The notes under the pieces were generated by a model. That model saw only the letters and a list, made by a program, of their open reading frames with translations. It did not search any database and had not been told where the DNA came from. Below are positions 26,613 through 41,142 of a stretch of 64,000 nucleotides of DNA, piece after piece. Origin of the DNA: Eledone cirrhosa (taxonomy: Eukaryota); the NCBI GenBank assembly GCA_964016885.1, contig OZ024743.1, positions 3,720,001 to 3,784,000 on the forward strand. Direction: 5' to 3'. The number at the start of each line of letters is the position of its first letter. Position 1 is the first letter of the stretch. The position numbers were made by a program, and so were the translations under genes.

Positions 26613-29374
26613 GTATTGTTGAAGGGAATTTAATTGTTATAATGTTCTCGCACTGATATTTATGTGAGTTATGTATGCTTACATTAGTGTTTCATCCGAT
26701 GCCATTTCCATAATAATTACAATTAACAAGTGTTTTGTGTGCTTGTTCACATTTTTCTACCGGTTTTCACGTCAAACAATACTAATCTACTGTGCAATCA
26801 TATCGTCGTTGCTCAAACAACGTGTTGAATATCTATTTGTTCCAGCATTAACAGAAAAGGGAAAATAATTCTAGATGTAGATTAATGTAAGACCATATTT
26901 GTCTGTTAGTTTTTCTGGTTGCGAGATGATGTACTTGTTGTTATTGTTCTTATTGTCATGTTATTAATTTTATTATTTTTATTATTATTATTGTTGAGTT
27001 GTTTTTCTTTTAGTTATTGCTTGTGATGTCCTCAATTATTATTATTGATATTTTGATATCATAATTATTTTTGTTGATATTTGGTTGTTATGATAACGGC
27101 ATTTGTGGTGGTGATGGCGGTTGTTATGATAATGGAATTTGTAGTGGCCGAGGTAATACTTAACCAAAGCCCATTTGATTGGGAAATCAATGTAGTGTAA
27201 CAATCGATATTTAGTGAGCATAACAATTAACATTAGTTGTCATGCGATCTGAAGTCAACAAAGCTTAACAAAAACAATATATGTACATCTTTTCAGAAAT
27301 TATTTGACTTCTCTGATGTACGTGAAGAAAATATCAGATTTCCAATCAGTTGAAATCGTTTAGTAGTGACTGAACACCGCTTTAAAGCACAATGTTAAAT
27401 TATGACAATTACAACCCCCCGTAAATGTGTTTTAATAATGTTAAATGGTACCTACAGACATAATTATATGTTCTTTATTTTAAGTTGATTCTTCGTGAGC
27501 TATTCTGTGTTTTGAATAACTATCACACAAAGCAAACCTATGATTTCTTTAAACAATGCAAACACGCTGCAAAGTGATTTCATTGTCATTACCAGCTTTT
27601 TCCTCCCCTCTGATTCCCCCTCCTCGTTGTCTTAGCCATTATTGGCAACAGCAGCAACATTATCATCACCATCCTATGTATCCTCTTTCTCATTGTTGCT
27701 GTTTTTCATCTTTTTAAAGCTATGAAAAAGCATTCCGACCGTCCCTGTCTCATCTATTCAAGGCACAGTGCATCTAGGACTATATTGTCCGATATGGCTT
27801 CTTTTCCTCTGATAGACGGGTATGATATGAGGGTGAATTGGTTGCTATTTCTAGCAGATCAAACTAACTGGTTGTCACCTCCTTACACTGATTTAATTCG
27901 GACAACGCTACATTATATCTCGCAGGTGCCTAAATCCCACCAATGTCTACTTTCTCTGAACTTTCTGCAATGGTTAAAATAAACTAGTATTACACAGTAT
28001 TGCGGAATTAGTTATGTACCTTATAAAAACGTCAATGCATGTATGATTGATTTGAAGTAAACTACAAACTAAACGAGTACGTAATCCATTTTCGATTCTC
28101 AGTATGAAACATTCATTTCTTTAGCACTTACAAATAATTTGGAAATTAATAAAATACATTTTATTCGTACATCATATTTGTCAATGTGGGATATCAACAA
28201 AAGAGTGATGAAACTCGGTGAATAGACGGTATCAAATTATATGTTACGAAGTGAATATTTTCGTTCAGTGTGATGACAGCCATCTCGATTTCCGCAATGT
28301 CCGAAACGCTCAAGGTATCACAGTCCACATATGCCGACATAACCCTTCCTCAACATCTGTAGCTTCGACGACAAAGTCGAAGATACCCAAATGATGTAAT
28401 TTGAAATTGAACACGATTCGAAAATAATTACGCTGATCAACAAAATACTGATTTTAGGATTTTAAATCCATCCCTAGCACATCTAATTATTGAAATATGA
28501 GTTTATATTTTTCTAAATGTTATCAATACTTAAGGAGTATTGAACAATATTTCATAGAAATATCGTTGACTGCTTCAGTATATACTTGGTTATTTCAAAA
28601 ATTCATACAACTATATATATAAGTTTTTAAAAGTGTTAAGAATATGATTCTTTCAGTGTCTTCACATTATAACCGCCAACTGTTTTGCTGTCAAGGATGG
28701 AATAATTCTTATTGATCATCGCTTATTATAACAAGAAATTTTGGAAATGAATCTTGAACAGAATGTAGAAAACTATATTTTATGACACTAGAAATTGGTA
28801 TTAAAGAGGTTATCAAAACCAACTCTACCAACACAGATTTATTATTTCAGAGAATATTTTCTTATAACCATTCAAAATTCCATAAAACTTTTAATTACAG
28901 TGTATAAAAGATTTTTGCACATTCAGCATTTTTTATAAACGTCCTTGATTTGCAGCCTATCAATTTGCCCCACCTATATTTGATAATTTATTTAGAAATG
29001 TACAGAAACCTCCTGAATTGAATTTATCCGTCGTTCTAATCCCATTTTTCATTAGAATATTAGAAGTGGTAGGAATATCTTTTTGAGATCAACTAAATAG
29101 GCATTTGGATACTGCTCAGTCTGTTGAGTTATGCTGAATTTAGTGCCTAGTTATATTTACTATAGTTATCCGGGTACCAAACCCGTCAGATAGACATAAA
29201 ACATAACATTGCTTTCATTCCTATTAATATGCCAATAACTGAGATTTCCTCACATATTTCATTGAAAAGAATGGTAATAAATGGTATCTAGAAATCGATA
29301 CAAGTTATATGTCTTGTTTAGTTCAGTGTGCGCACTAGATGCATGGCTGTGCAGCGCTGATGTAGTTAATAATG

Positions 29375-30060
29375 AGCCATATATCCTAATGGGAGACTTC
29401 AAAGCACATGTTGGCACTGATCACCTGGTATGAAAAGGAGTGATGAGAAGGAACGGCGATCTCAATCAAAATACGGATGGAGAGGCTTATTAGACTTCTG
29501 TTCTAGTAATGGGCTCTGTATTATGAACACCTTCTTCCGACACAGACACATCTATAAATACACATGGTATAAAGGCACAGAGATCAATAACTGATTTTGC
29601 TATTGTTTATGATCTCTTTTGATTACCAAGAAAGCTTACAGAACTGGCAGGTCAGCTCGACCTACAGAATAAAATGGGAAGCGTTGGTGGATAAAGAAGT
29701 CGGAAACAGGTTTGCAGATACTATTGCCTTCAAAAACAAAGAACTTCTTGAGAAAATTGAGGGCGTTGAAACGAGGTGGAGACAGCTTAGCTCGGCAGCT
29801 TTTGCTTCAGCTATTAAAGGGCTACGGGAGAAAGCGGCTTGGTGTGACGCAGGGAGGTAAACAACTCCTTAGTTCAATCGAGAGAAGAAATAGGTCATCT
29901 GAAAAGAAAGGAGGCTTAAAAAGGTTAGCTATTTCACTACAACCCAAAACGACACTACCAGGAACTTACTAGGAGCAAAATAGAAGTAAATGTAGCCCCG
30001 AAAGTAAAAGAAGCAGAGGAGACGATTATGGGCAGAAGGAGAAGAGAAATTACAAGAGAA
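29375..30060 (+). mobile_element. RTE-clade LINE endonuclease remnant
   Basis: ILMGDFKAHVG...LLDFCSSNGLCIMNTFFRHRHIYKYTWY. Confidence 0.8.
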
Positions 30061-30094
30061 ATAACTAGTTGTTCAGGTGCTGTGTTCTTACAAC

Positions 30095-31192
30095 GAACAC
30101 AGCACCTGAACAACTGTAGGAAGACATCACAACAGATGAGGTATCTAGCGCACTAAAAAAGCAAGCAGCTGGAAGGACATGACAAGATCCCCAACTTTTG
30201 GTTAAATTATTTAACAGGGACACATGGAGCGCTTACAAGGGGTTTTAATGAGATACTGACAGAGCTAGAAAAAAAAAAACATCTGACTAGCTCACTAAAA
30301 GGAAAATAAGAATGACACAACAAACCCTCAAAACTACAGACCCATAACATGCCTGCCTACACTATATAAGACTCTAACTGCAACAATAACGCAGGAATTA
30401 ACCAAACACCTGGAAAAAAACAACAAAACAACTTGCTTCTAGAAAGGATGCTGCAAAGGCTCATATGGCTTTAAAGACCAGTTGATAATCGCTAAAGCCA
30501 TAACTAAAACTGCAAGAAAAACAAACAAAAGAAATCTCAGCATGGCATGGATCTAGTATCAAAAGCCTTTGACAGTGTTACCCATTTAAACAGACCTCCA
30601 GAATGTCATGTTAAGACGATGACAAAAAACCCTTACATGGCCAATATCCCAGAAGGCTGAATAGAGAGGAAGTAGACGAGAAAAACACAAAACTGGCTAC
30701 AAAGCACTGGACTAAAAGGCAAGACGGGATGATTTCTAATTGCAGCATAAAGCGAAAGCCTCCTAACCAGTAACCACCAGAAGTACATAATGAAGCAGAA
30801 CATAGTAAGTAACTGCAGAATATGTGGAAGTGGGGAAGAAACAATTAACTACATTATCTCTGGCTGCCCAGTCTTAACCAAAAAGGAATACATCTACAGA
30901 CGTGATAGAATGTGGATGATGAAGACAGAACCAATACCTATAATAATAGGTGCTCTTAGAATGATAAAAAAGCACATGGACAGATACACATAACCCAAAC
31001 CCCAGGACTTACAAATACATACAGTAAAAAAAAAAAGCTCTACTGGGCACCGCACATATATTATAAAGAATACCCTCAATTAAATATAAAAAACATCACC
31101 AAAAATCTCACTGCACATACCCAAGGCGCACAGAGCTGCGCTTGGTAATGTAGTGATAATGCGCAAAATAATAATGACTAATAATAATGATA
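30095..31192 (+). mobile_element. Internally deleted R4/Dong-clade LINE (RT, CCHC, RLE remnants; TAA tail)
   Basis: GHDKIPNFWLNYL, NYRPITCLPTLYKTLT, KAFDSV, CRICGSGEETINYIISGCP, PIIIGAL; ends in aataataatgactaataataat. Confidence 0.85.
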
Positions 31193-31780
31193 ACATACTT
31201 CACTGCTTCCCTGCTCCGAAAATATCCATTAACATTGATGAAATATAAATGAAGAAGACTAAAAATAAATCACAGAATAATTGAAGGGCAGCTGTGCACG
31301 TAATGGAGAAACATTTAGTTTTATTTGAATTAATGTTTGTCTAATACAATTTATGTATTGCTAATTGTCACGTTGATCTTCATATGGCCCCCACGCAAAA
31401 CCACATGAACAAAGCAAGGCAATTAAAACCAAACGAGTCAACGAAAAAGCCTCTATATGGTCACAGGGACTACAAATAACAGCAGCTATATATTCCTCAT
31501 ACCACTCTTTACCGTCTCCAAAATAGAATGGGTCATTAGATAGTAATTGGCAATAAAGGAATGGTTACATCTGGTATTTTTTATTTTAGATTTACTTAAT
31601 CAGAAAACTGATGTAAACAATATCATCAGAATAAATAATTTTTGTAGTAAGGGCATTAGAGGAAAGTGGTAACCCTAGAAACGGGTCACGTAAGACCATA
31701 GAAATCAAAGCAGAGCAATCTCGATAGAAAAGAAAGCAAAACAAAGCAAACAAATACCTGAATATACCAATACAGATGTA

Positions 31781-32080
31781 AATGGCGTGGTTTAATGATT
31801 AGGTTGTTCGGTTCACTATCACAAAACAATGAGTTCGATTTCCGGTGACGTATTGTGTTCTTGAGCAAGACACTTTATCTTACGTTGCTCCACTACATTC
31901 AGCTGGTCAAAAATGTGTTGTACCAGAAATTCAAAAGACCATCCATGTCACATACTATATCACATTGAATCTTTAAGAGAAGTGCGTTAAAGGTACACGT
32001 GTTTATGAAATGCCCAACCATGTGCACGCTTATTTCACAGGCAGACTTTTCCGTTGATCAAAATATTGGAACAATCATCA
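31781..32080 (+). mobile_element. SINE family B (CORE-like)
   Basis: ggcgtggtttaatgattagg A box, gagttcgattt B box, ttgagcaagacacttt core. Confidence 0.7.
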
Positions 32081-32131
32081 TCAGAACTACGCTTGGTTGT
32101 TTGTTTTGAAGCTTACAATAAGACGTACTGA

Positions 32132-32692
32132 AATAATGATTTCTAGTTTAGGCACAAGGCCAGTAATTTTTTTTAGGTGGGAGTCGATTGAATCGATCCC
32201 AGTACGTTACTGGTGCTTTATTTTATCGACCCCCTAAGGATGAAAGGCAAAGTTTAGCTCGACGGGATTTAAACTCAGATCGTAAAGTGCCGTAGCTCAA
32301 TGCTGCAAAGCATGGTGTCCAACTCTCTACCGATAATGCCAATCCACCGCTCTGACGTACTGTAATAATGGTTTCTTATATAGGCACAAGGCCAGCGATT
32401 TTGTGGGAGGGGAAAGTCGATTAAATCGACCCCAGTGCGTTACTGGTACTTTATTTTATCGACTCCGTAAGGAGGATAGGCAAAGCTAACCTTACTGAAA
32501 TAATAATTGTTTCTACTTTTGGCACAAGGCCAGCAATTATACAGTGCATTACTGGTACTTTATTTTATAGACCCCGTAAGGATGAAAGGCAAAGTTAACC
32601 TCAGCGGGATTTGAACTCAGAACGTAAAGGGCCGTAACTTTATGTCGTAAGCAAGTTGTCTGATGCTCTACCGATTCTGCCAATCCACCGCC
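32132..32692 (-). mobile_element. Three tandem SINE family A copies
   Basis: 32132-32351, 32363-32492 (5'-truncated), 32500-32692; each bounded by tactg(a/t)aataat. Confidence 0.9.
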
Positions 32693-33989
32693 CTTACTGA
32701 AATAATAATCATACCAATAGTTCATTTATTGTCACAACGGCGACAAATGGGAGGCAATTATGTATATTAATAACGTAACAATGGGTCTTTTATATCGAAA
32801 ATAAAAAAGAACAGCTGAGAAATGAAATGCAACATATATAGAGTTTATAGATATCACCACCATTAAGAAACTCTACAGACCGCATATTACTGTCGTCTCT
32901 GGCCTAAACCTCATTCATCGCAACATGCTCGTTCGACCACTTCCGATTCATAGCTTTCACGCACATTTCAGAAAATTTTCTGAAAGATAGCACTTTCTTC
33001 TAGTTTCATAGTCAAGTATTTGACGAATTTGACGAGGGTTTGTTTGGAACCCTCTTAATTATCTCCGTTGCACTACCTCTTTCACCATAACCACCAGTGC
33101 ACCCATCACTATGTACAGAGCATATTTCTTCACATCCGTCACCAACCTTTTGTGGTATACTACGGATTCAACCAGCTGCATAGCCTGATTAGTTGGGGGA
33201 GGTCTGTGCCTGTTTAAATTTCAGCTGACAGACGACATCTACACTTAAATCATGACTGCAGATCAATCAAAGTAATTGGTGGTGAAATATGTATCTACCA
33301 AACGAAATCTACAGCTATTCACTGCCCTAGAATTTCTACATTATTTATCGTAAAACTGCGCATCTTCAGACCTCTGCCGGACAAGGTATTTGCAGTAGAC
33401 GAATAGTCGGACCACTTCAAAATGATTTACATTCAACCAAGTGAAAAAAAATTCTACTCTGGCAAGATAGTACAAAGTTAAAAATGTTGACCGAAGAAAT
33501 CACTGAAAATTTGGTATTTGTAGTTGACAGTATCGTCAGTACCGCTCTAAAATACTAACTGATTCTAATATCTACTCCCCGGTCATTACCACATCCACTA
33601 CCACGAAAAACAACAACACCTATAAAAATAACAACTATAATAATACAACGATATTTAGCTTCATATGTAAATAGGAAATTAACCATGTGTCGACAAAATG
33701 TTTTGCTTTTCTTAGGAAAACCCAAACAATCATTTGCTTGAATACAACATCTGAAGCTTCTTTAATAATTCCTCTCAACTATTGGTAATTATTAGAGAGA
33801 GAAACAGTTTCCTGTCATGCAGGATAGCAGGTGAAAGGTCAATCACATTAAAGTTAATTACATAAAATGATTTGATATTTCAGTTCGGAACATTTGAAAA
33901 GTAGCAGGAAGAGAGTGCGAAATAGTCGTTATTTTTAGAAACTCAGATTTAAGAAAAAATATAATAATGGACCAGAACAATGAAGCAAA

Positions 33990-34860
33990 ATCCTAAGAGT
34001 AAACGAAGAAGATGGATGATGAGGGAGAGTGAGAGGAAGTGGAAAGAAAGAGGGAGAAGAGAGGGAGGAAGAGAGATAGAGGGTGAGGAATTGGAGGAGG
34101 AAGGGAGAAGGTCGAGATGGAAGAATAACTGCAAGCAATGTGTACGATGATTCAGGATCAAATAAAAGAGAAATGAAACAAATATATTAATAATTAAAGA
34201 AGAAAGAATAAAGTGCACGATGAGGACCAGAAGAAAAATAATAATAAAAACATGTAGAAAAAGAGAAGAGGAAGGAAAGAACAAATAGAAAAGAGAAGAA
34301 AGGTAGAATATAAATATGAATAAAAAGAAGGAAGTAAACAAAAAAAAATAGAAGAATAACGAAAAATGAAGAAAAACGAAGAGCTAAAACAGAAAAATAA
34401 GATGAATAAAGATGAAGATAGAAAGATGATGATGGGGATGATGAAGCAGAAGCAGAAGAAGAAGAAGAAGAAGAAGAAGAAGAAGAAGAAAAAAGAAGAA
34501 AAAAGAAGACAAAAAGAAGAAAAAAGAAGAAGAAAAAAGAAGAAAGAAGAAGAAGAAGAAGAAGAAGAAGAAGAAGAGAAGAAGAAGAAGAAGAAGAAGA
34601 AGAAGAAGAAGAAGAAGAAGAAGAAGAAGAAGAAGAAGAAGAAGAAGAAGAAGAAGAAAAATGAGGAATGAAGAATGAGAAAGAAGGTATTAAGATAAGA
34701 GCTTATGAAAACGAGAACATAAAAAACGAAAGAAGATAGAGGGCCGTATAAAAAGAAAAAAAGAAAGAAAGAAATAATAGGAAAAGAAACGAAAATAAGA
34801 AGAAAAAAAAAGCAAATAAAATAGAAGTAGAAGATGAGTAAGAAAGCAAGGACAATGAGA
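33990..34860. repeat. Purine-rich low-complexity region with (GAA)n
   Basis: Direct inspection. Confidence 0.9.
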
Positions 34861-36018
34861 AACACTAGTATCAGTGGAAAAGACCGGCTAGTACTTGACT
34901 GGTAATTATTTAATGGATTCTCTGTCAATTTTAATGACGAATATTCAGTTGACTGACCAACTGAATGTCGAACTCATGACATATTGTATAAATGGTTGAA
35001 TATTCCACTGAAATGTGTACCCATAACTTAATACCAAAGCTGAATTAACGTCTTTTTTAAAAATAATATTACAAAGCTGGACCTTTGAATTACTGGTATA
35101 ATTTATCCGTGTAGCCAATTTCACTTAGAAAATGTTACGCAGTAGTTTGGGAAACCTAATCGCCGTGGTTATAAAGTGAAAATGTTAACCATTAAAGCCT
35201 GCCTGCGTCCATGGTAATTATTTGATCGATTATGGAAGGAATAAAGTCAAATTAGTGTAAGGTGAGATATGAAATTGAGAGTGTACGGAGCGTTGCTAAT
35301 TTCTATAAGACAATTATATCCAATGTTCAACAATATTTGATATTTTTTAAGCTCTAATAATAAGGGCTTCTAGCGTATGCATAAGGCTAGCAATTTGTGG
35401 GGTGAGTAATGTCGATTATATCAATTTGAAGAGAGCGAAAGAGACGGAGGCAGTGACAAGGGGAATTTGATTCCATTACGTTCAGACCTAATATATATGT
35501 ATATATTTTCTCACCACACCACATATTCTGATACTTATTTTATCAAAACCAGAACGATGAAAAGCATTGGAGGAATTTGAACTCATATACCACAAAGAGC
35601 TGTAACAAAAATGCAGGAAAGCAGTTTGTCGTACGCTCTAGCGATACGGTTCTGCCAGGCTATTGATGTTTCTACTCTAATAATTGTTTCTACTTTTGGC
35701 ACAAGGCCAGCAATTACACCAGTGCATTACTGGTGCTTTATTTTATCGATCCCGGCTGGATAATAATGTTTAAAACTTGGCATAATTCAACACCTTTGAA
35801 GAGAAACGGTAAAGTTTATTGAAACGACATAAAAACTGCTACTTATTCGAGCCAACAAATTAAAACCTACATGAAGGTTTCTCAATCGTATTTGTTCAAC
35901 ACCCCACTTCGACTTTCAACAACTGAAAAAGGACATGCACACCACCACGATCAGATAATGCATGTATCATAATATATAATATATATACACACCATTCTGA
36001 AATCACTTGCCTTTCCAA

Positions 36019-36243
36019 AATAATGATTTCTAGTATAGGCACAAGGCCAAAAGTCTTGGGCGGGGGAAGTCGATTAAATCGACCCCAGTACGTTACTGGT
36101 GCTTTATTTTATCGACCCCGTAAGGATGAAAGGTAAAGTTAACCTATGCGTGATTTGAACCCAGACCGTAAAGGGCCGTAACTCTATGCTGCAAAGCATG
36201 ATGCCTGACTCTCTACCGATACTGCCAATTCACCTCCACGCCC
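36019..36243 (-). mobile_element. SINE family A
   Basis: Full copy; TSD ttccaaaataat. Confidence 0.9.
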
Positions 36244-37607
36244 TTCCAAAATAATAACACTCTCCACCGGTGGGGAAAATGCTCTACCTTGAGAATAGCG
36301 ATATAGACAGTTACTCGACTGCTAGAAATAGCAATCATGTTTTTCTCAAATTACACAATAACATTTAAAAAAAGAAATGAAGAATAAACTGGTTCATTGC
36401 AGTTGGAATAGCCTTGTTTATATATCTGTTAAATCAATATTATACTAAAACTAAATAATAATAGTAACAACAACTACAGCAACTGGCGTTTATTTTATCA
36501 TTTATCGTAGGATTAAATGCAAAGACAAATCACATTTTATTTGAATCACTCGAATGATTTTTCATATTGATAAAGGATAAAACCTGTCGGGAGAGGTTAC
36601 AGGTAATTAAATAAATGCACTATATTACTTGGCAGAGTCATTATATTTTCTGATATAATAACCTGTGATACACATTCCAACTCCCACGGCTCTGAATTCA
36701 ATTCTGTTTGAGGTTAAATTTGCCTGTCATTCTCCCTGGATCGATAAATATAGTACCATTAAGCAGTAGAGTCAATTATTCGCTCTCTCACTTTTTCTTT
36801 CTCTAAATCGGCTGCGTTCCAACGTGAGAATTGTCGAGACAAAATGCTGACAACTTCGCTTTTCCAGAATCAGAGAAGGTTTGAACCTCCTCTTCTCATG
36901 GACAAAACTCATATGCTTCTGGAACCGTCCATGGACGAACTGATGTCCATGATAAAACTATTTTACTAGTATCAAATTTATCGGTCACTGAGTGATGAAA
37001 GGCAATTATTACTGTTGTAATATTTGATTACGTACCAGTCTAGTAGTGGGGGTCGATTCTTCCTCTATATCTTTTTCTCACTTCCTCTCCCTTACATTCC
37101 TTACATTCTATCCCTCCCTGAAAGAATCTGTTGTATTCAAACCTGAAGAGAGATTGCTTCCGCCAGGTTTAAAAAATGCCCTAGAAACGCCATATGTCAA
37201 TATGACGCCTCTACGACTCACTCAGAATTCTTTCGTGAGCGAATTGTTTAAATCCCCATAGAAATAAATGCTACTAGAGATACGTTATGATCTTAAGCCA
37301 GATCAATAATTATCTTTTACGCACTGAACTCATCAAAACTTGCAGGTAAACCCTGAACGGGTCCTGGTGGTTCGGGAAATTATTATCTTAAATAATGGAA
37401 AATGTGAGTGGACAGGAACACGTCTCAGATACTGGACAACCACGCAGTTTACATTATGATAGTGTTATTGCGGTGTGTTTATGTAAGCACGTGGTTTGAG
37501 AGAGAGGAAGAGGGAGAGAGAGAGAGAGAGAGAGGGTTAGTGGCTTAATTCTCAAATTCCCCATGCTGGCAAATCAGCACTGTAGATTTGATACAAATAT
37601 TCGTTAT

Positions 37608-37799
37608 AAATAATTGTTTCTACTTTTGGCACAAGGCCAGCAATTACCTCAGTGTATTACTGGTACTTTTTTTATCGACCCCGTAAGGATGAAAGGCAAA
37701 GTTTTCTTCGGCGGGATTTGAACTCAGATCATAAAGTGCTGTAACTCTGTGTTGCAAAGCATGGCATCCGACCATCTACCGAAACGGCCAATTCATCGC
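37608..37799 (-). mobile_element. SINE family A
   Basis: Full copy. Confidence 0.88.
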
Positions 37800-38310
37800 A
37801 ATGAATAAGAATTGCTTTTATCTATAGTTCTACTCAAAAAGAATATAATCATATGATAGTCATATATATCGCATCCAGGGTTGAGTGCAATATCAGGGAT
37901 AGACAGCGAACTGGTGGACTGATATAGCACATCACTGGAGAACTATGTGCTTCACGTCAACCATATGTCAACAGTACATTTGAATTGCAAACACTTGATG
38001 CTTCTTTCATAAATAATGTATTTATTTTTGAGAAGAAAAGAAATATAATTAAGTGCTTAGTTGCATTCGCAGTTAAGAGAGAATTACTGCATGGCATGTG
38101 AGCAAATCTAGTTTGTTTTACTACCAGGTGAGAGAAACATAATAAATTGGCGGGAAAATGACAAATATCACAAACCTCAATCGATCAATATTCTCTCAAT
38201 TGTACACAGCTATCATAATCGAATTTTTTCATCAATAAATAACAACGCAAAAGTGTACTTTTTAAAAATTATGTTTTGATATCTTTCTTCATTATCTTTG
38301 ACATAATAAC

Positions 38311-38530
38311 GGGGGTGGATTGACAGTACCGGTAGAGAGTAGGATAACTTGTTTTGCAGCATAGAGTTACGGTCCTTTACATTATGTGTTCAAATCACGC
38401 TGGGGTTAGCTTTGCCTTCCATCCTTATGGGGTCGGAAAAATAAAGTACCAGTCACGCACTGGGGTCGATTTAATCGACTTTCTCCTCCCCCAAAAATTG
38501 CTGGCCTTGTGCCTATAGTAGAAATCCTTA
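38311..38530 (+). mobile_element. SINE family A
   Basis: Full copy; TSD ttatctttgacataata. Confidence 0.9.
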
Positions 38531-38594
38531 TCTTTGACATAATAGAATATAGATATAAACAAAAGCCAATGTGACTTGTACAAGCTACAAGGAC

Positions 38595-38800
38595 AGTGGA
38601 TTGTGTGAGATGTGAGAGCGTAGGACAAATGCTTAGGAGTGTTCCGACGGTTTACATTCCGAGTTCAATCCCGTTCAGCTCAACGTTGCCTTCCATCCTT
38701 CCTGGGGTGATACAAGAAAGTAACAGTCAAGTATTGGGTTGATTTAATCAACTTTCCACTTACTTCAATTACAACCTTGTGGCTAAATTGGAAATCATTA
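38595..38800 (+). mobile_element. Older, diverged SINE family A copy
   Basis: gagttcaatccc B box and gccttccatcctt core. Confidence 0.6.
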
Positions 38801-40948
38801 ACACATCGAATAACACAAATATTAATGTGCATATATACATACACATGATTGCACACATACCCCCCCCCCCCATATATATATACATATGGGTGTGCATGTG
38901 AAGGTGTATGTATGGATGGGGATGTGAGCATATCTATTAGACAGACATATAACTATTTGGCTGTACTCCCACAAACAGCGACAATGCTGGAAAATTGAAG
39001 AGTGTTTGGTGAACTAATATAACAATGCTGAGCTTAATATCTCTTGCGTATATATTGGAACTTCAAATAGGAAGATGTTCACCAGGCTAAGATGTTATAA
39101 ATGAATATGTAGATGATGTCTTCAAGAGCACCATAAGAGCTGCTGTACATCTTTATATTATATTATTATTGAGTAAAGAAACGATGTGAAGTATTAAAAA
39201 TCCCTGGAGGCCATCCCATAAAGGCGAGGACAATGGAGTTGATATTTAGCTTAGACATCTATATATTCATATCCTAGTTGGCAGAATTTCAGTTTGTCGC
39301 TGTTATAGTGATAAATATACTAAATATACTTCAAAATAGACTCTGCCATTATATAAAAGAAAGGGCATATTGAATAATATAATATTTCATACATTATTTT
39401 CTGTAAAGAAGACGGATAGGTCGCAAATGGAATATCTTTAATGTGTCTGTTGCGCTAGGTCAAATTGGACGTGGACCTAAGTAACAAAAACGAATCCAAT
39501 TATCGACAGGTTTTATATCCTTTCACATCTTCTCCACTTTATCCAATGGCCAATAGTTAAATCCATTTATTTTAATTAGATAAATAAAGGATGATAAATA
39601 TATCATTCTTTGAACAGCAACATTAACGTAGGACGATTTAGTATTCCATTGGCTGGAAAGTTACCTGCAATAAACAATGAAATATTATTCTACGCAAAAT
39701 TATTGTAGTGAACATAGCAATTCATTTCCCATTCGCTCAATGTCACAAAACCGGAAATTAATAAACGGATGAATGGATCCCGGATGTGAATAAATGTGTT
39801 TCTCTTTCGATATTTATATTAAAAATATTCAAATTTAGCGTTTTGTTTATAGTTGTGGCTATATGCAGCATGACTCTGCTGAATTTATATATAATCTTGT
39901 GTATATATTAATAATTATGACACAATAAATATTATCAATTGTGAAACACAATTATTATCTTGTAAACTAAATGAAATAATTATTGAAATAATATGAAAAA
40001 TAGTAACCGTTCATCTTTTGGTCATGATTTTGAAACTTTCTTAGAGAGATGCATAAGTAAGAAATGAATATTTAAACAACGGAGAAAATATATATTGAAT
40101 ACAATTCAACATTTTTAAGCAAAATAATTCGAAATGGAAATAGACTCTAATCTTTTATGGCTTTTATGTATAAGCGGGGATATTGATAATGATATCAAGG
40201 CTACTGATGTTGCTGCTACTAATGATGATGTGGCTGATATTGAAGCCAAAGGAGGAAAAGAATAGAAAGTAGATGATGTTGATGATGATGATGACGAGGA
40301 CGACAACGACGATAATGATGATGATGGCGAAGATAATTCGCCATCCTTAAGCTAACATGTGTTCAGTGTACTGAAAGAATATTTTAATTATTCTTTTTAT
40401 TAATGCGCATGCCCCTGTGAATGATGTTAAGTCATCCTTTTTAATCTGTCATCTTATGCACTGTAGTATCAGCACAACCAAAACATCTTCAACCAAACGC
40501 ACTCTCTTTTTCTATGGCACAGATGATCTCAGTTTTCTTTTACGTTGCTATAATCTTGCCATATACCCAATCAAACAGAAATGCACACGGGGCACTAAAA
40601 AAAGATGACATCTGTAAAAATAGCAGCAAGAACAAGCATTGCAATAATGTCTTCTAACTGAGTTCGTATTATTAACTAAGGGGACCTATAATTCACTAAT
40701 GCTGTTGTTTCTTGCAATACTACATATCGATTACAAGGTTGGACAATGTAATCTAAGAGTTTATTGTCTTCGCAACATAGGGGACTCAATAGCGGGGATA
40801 TAGGAAGTTTAGATAACTCGAGTATTTCTCTAATACTTTCTGATTCTCTCATCTACTTTCGTTGAATCAATCAATCAATCAATATTCATTATTTCAAATG
40901 AAATAATAGAGCACAGAGAAATATGTACACATACATAAACCATATTAA

Positions 40949-41142
40949 AATAATTGTTTCTACTTTTGGCACAAGGCCAGCAATTATCCAAGTGTATTAC
41001 TGGTACTTTATTTTATCGACCCCGCAAGGATGAAAGGGAAAGTTAACCTCGGTGGGATTTGAACTCAGACTGTAAAGGAACGTAATTCTATGTTACAAAG
41101 CATGGTGTCCGACTCTCTACCGATACTGCCAATCCACTGCCC
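40949..41142 (-). mobile_element. SINE family A
   Basis: Full copy; TSD ttaaaataat. Confidence 0.9.

Noticed and set aside
32830-33520. Possible mariner-like remnant
   Set aside because: Only vague similarity; no convincing DDE motif or TIR pair
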